Shown here: piece after piece, positions 62,609 to 64,000 of the stretch
Position numbering within the stretch: the first letter of the stretch is position 1
Layout of the letters: each line of letters begins with the position of its first letter
Assembly: GCA_963828745.1 (NCBI GenBank)
Contig: CAWHFZ010000019.1
Location: 61,842 to 125,841 of the forward strand
From: Vicinamibacteria bacterium
GTDB lineage: Bacteria > Acidobacteriota > Vicinamibacteria > Vicinamibacterales > JAENWD01
Length of the DNA: 64,000 nt
Direction of reading: 5' to 3'
Program-made: the position numbers and the translations under genes
The notes under the pieces: model-generated
Seen by the model: the letters and a program-made list of their open reading frames with translations, nothing else
What the model was told of the DNA's origin: nothing
Database searches by the model: none

Positions 62609-63268
62609 ATGAGCCTCACGTCTGCGGCGACAGATGCCAGCCTCGTGTCCATCCGCGTCGGCCGGCCGCGAACCATCGACGATCCGCACCCGTGGCGGAC
62701 GGCGTTCTTGAAGGATGCCGTCACCGGTCCGGTGTGGCTCCGCGCTACGAACCTCGATGGAGACCGGCAGGCGGACCTGCGTGTACACGGCGGCGTCGAC
62801 AAAGCCGTGTGCGTTTACAGCGGCGATCACTATCCGGCATGGCGAATCGAGCTTGAGAGGCCCGACATGACCTCGGGCGGGTTCGGCGAGAACTTCACCG
62901 TGAACGGTCAGACCGAACAGCAGGTGTGCCTCGGCGATCGCTTTCGGATCGGCGCGGCCGTCGTGGAGGTCTCTCAGCCGCGAGGTCCGTGCGTCAAGCT
63001 CGCCCGGCGCTGGGATCGTCCAGATTTACCCAAGCTCGTCGTCGCGTCCGGACGCTCCGGCTGGTATCTGCGCGTGATCGATGAAGGACAGGTGGAAGCT
63101 GGCGACCCTCTGCGGCTGCTGGATCGCCCGTTTCCGCACTGGACGATTGCCCGGGTGAACGATGTCACCTACGGGCTCGGCGCGACGACCGACGAGGATC
63201 GTGACGCACTGGCGTCGTGTCCGGCCCTGGCGCGCAGCTGGCAGCGAGCGGTAGGCCGGAAAGTCTGA
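62609..63268 (+). CDS. MOSC domain protein (YiiM-like)
   Basis: GDRQAD..HGG.DKAV, FGENF, VSQPRGPC, GWYLRV..G. Confidence 0.92.
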   Translation: MSLTSAATDASLVSIRVGRPRTIDDPHPWRTAFLKDAVTGPVWLRATNLDGDRQADLRVHGGVDKAVCVYSGDHYPAWRIELERPDMTSGGFGENFTVNGQTEQQVCLGDRFRIGAAVVEVSQPRGPCVKLARRWDRPDLPKLVVASGRSGWYLRVIDEGQVEAGDPLRLLDRPFPHWTIARVNDVTYGLGATTDEDRDALASCPALARSWQRAVGRKV

Positions 63269-63307
63269 CGCACGCGTCCGCACGCGAAAGCGAGTCATAA
63301 TCCTGCG

Positions 63308-64000
63308 GTGAGCAGGCACTCGGGTCTTGCGCTGCGCGTCTCGCCGGCCGGCGTTCGGGGCATTGTCGGCACAGGGCTGACCGCCACGATTGCCCTGGAG
63401 TTCTGCGCCGCCTTCGCGGCCTTTCTCGAGCCCGCGGGCCCGGTCGTTCTCGGCAGGGATCCGCGCGCGAGCAGCCGCATGCTCCGGGAGGCCGCGCTCG
63501 CCGCCTTGATGGCATCGGGACGCGACGTCGTCGATCTGGGCATCACCTCGACGCCTATCGTCCAGCAGACCATTCGCCGCCTCAGCGCCGCCGGCGGGCT
63601 GTCGATTGGCGCCAGCCACAACCCTTCGGAATGGAACGCGCTGAAGTTCTTCGGACCGCACGGCCGCTACCTGTCGAGCACTGAAGCCGGCGAATTGCTC
63701 GACTTTTATCACCTTCGCCGCACCGCTTACGTGCCGTGGCAGTCGCTGGGCAAACGGTTGGAGGTGCCAGCAGCACTCGACGCGTATCTCGACGAGCTCG
63801 CCGACGCCTACGACTTCGATGCGTTGCGCCGCTTCAAGGTCGTCGTCGATTGCAGCAGCGGCACGTCGTCCATCGTGCTGCGGCGGCTCAACGAACGGCA
63901 CGGATTTGCTTTCATCCTGATCAATCATCAGCTCGAGGCGGTCGCGTTCGCGCACGAACCGGCAACGACGGCGCGTATGGTGGGATTGCAGCTGGCACCA
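63308..64000 (+). CDS. Phosphohexomutase family protein (PMM/GlmM-like), truncated by window edge
   Basis: GVRGIVG, VLGRDPR.SS, TPIV, ASHNPSEWNALKF, VVVDC..G. Confidence 0.85.
   Translation, partial: MSRHSGLALRVSPAGVRGIVGTGLTATIALEFCAAFAAFLEPAGPVVLGRDPRASSRMLREAALAALMASGRDVVDLGITSTPIVQQTIRRLSAAGGLSIGASHNPSEWNALKFFGPHGRYLSSTEAGELLDFYHLRRTAYVPWQSLGKRLEVPAALDAYLDELADAYDFDALRRFKVVVDCSSGTSSIVLRRLNERHGFAFILINHQLEAVAFAHEPATTARMVGLQLAP

Overview
High-GC bacterial chromosomal window with no rRNA, tRNA, CRISPR array or intact transposase seen. Gene content points to Acidobacteriota, probably Vicinamibacteria-like (inference from a PadR + duplicated orphan permease pair, a TIGR03435-type gene and an Oar-type TonB receptor). 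About 50 CDSs cover envelope functions (NamZ-like, MprF, lytic transglycosylase, DsbA, HtrA), osmotic/carbon storage (otsAB, glgA), a RidA/PLP-enzyme/GntP/dipeptidase cluster, two hybrid kinases and two ECF sigma modules. Main observations: (1) a minus-strand module at 18-25.6 kb (ECF sigma, anti-sigma-like protein with about 28 nonapeptide repeats and an internal RBS/start, HEXXH-propeller-barrel envelope protein, PrsW protease, NHL protein, divergent STAS gene) that looks like a self-contained trans-envelope proteolytic signalling system; (2) nine intergenic cassettes of short tandem repeats with different units, mostly in inverted arrangement and often abutting stop codons; (3) a duplicated GTTAACATC-N14-CGTCT motif that probably defines the second ECF's promoter; (4) an OtsA fused to a membrane-anchored sensor-like domain; (5) an unannotated 34-aa membrane protein. 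Four genes carry frameshifts or deletions that may be sequencing artefacts. All family assignments come from motif recognition by eye, not database searches.
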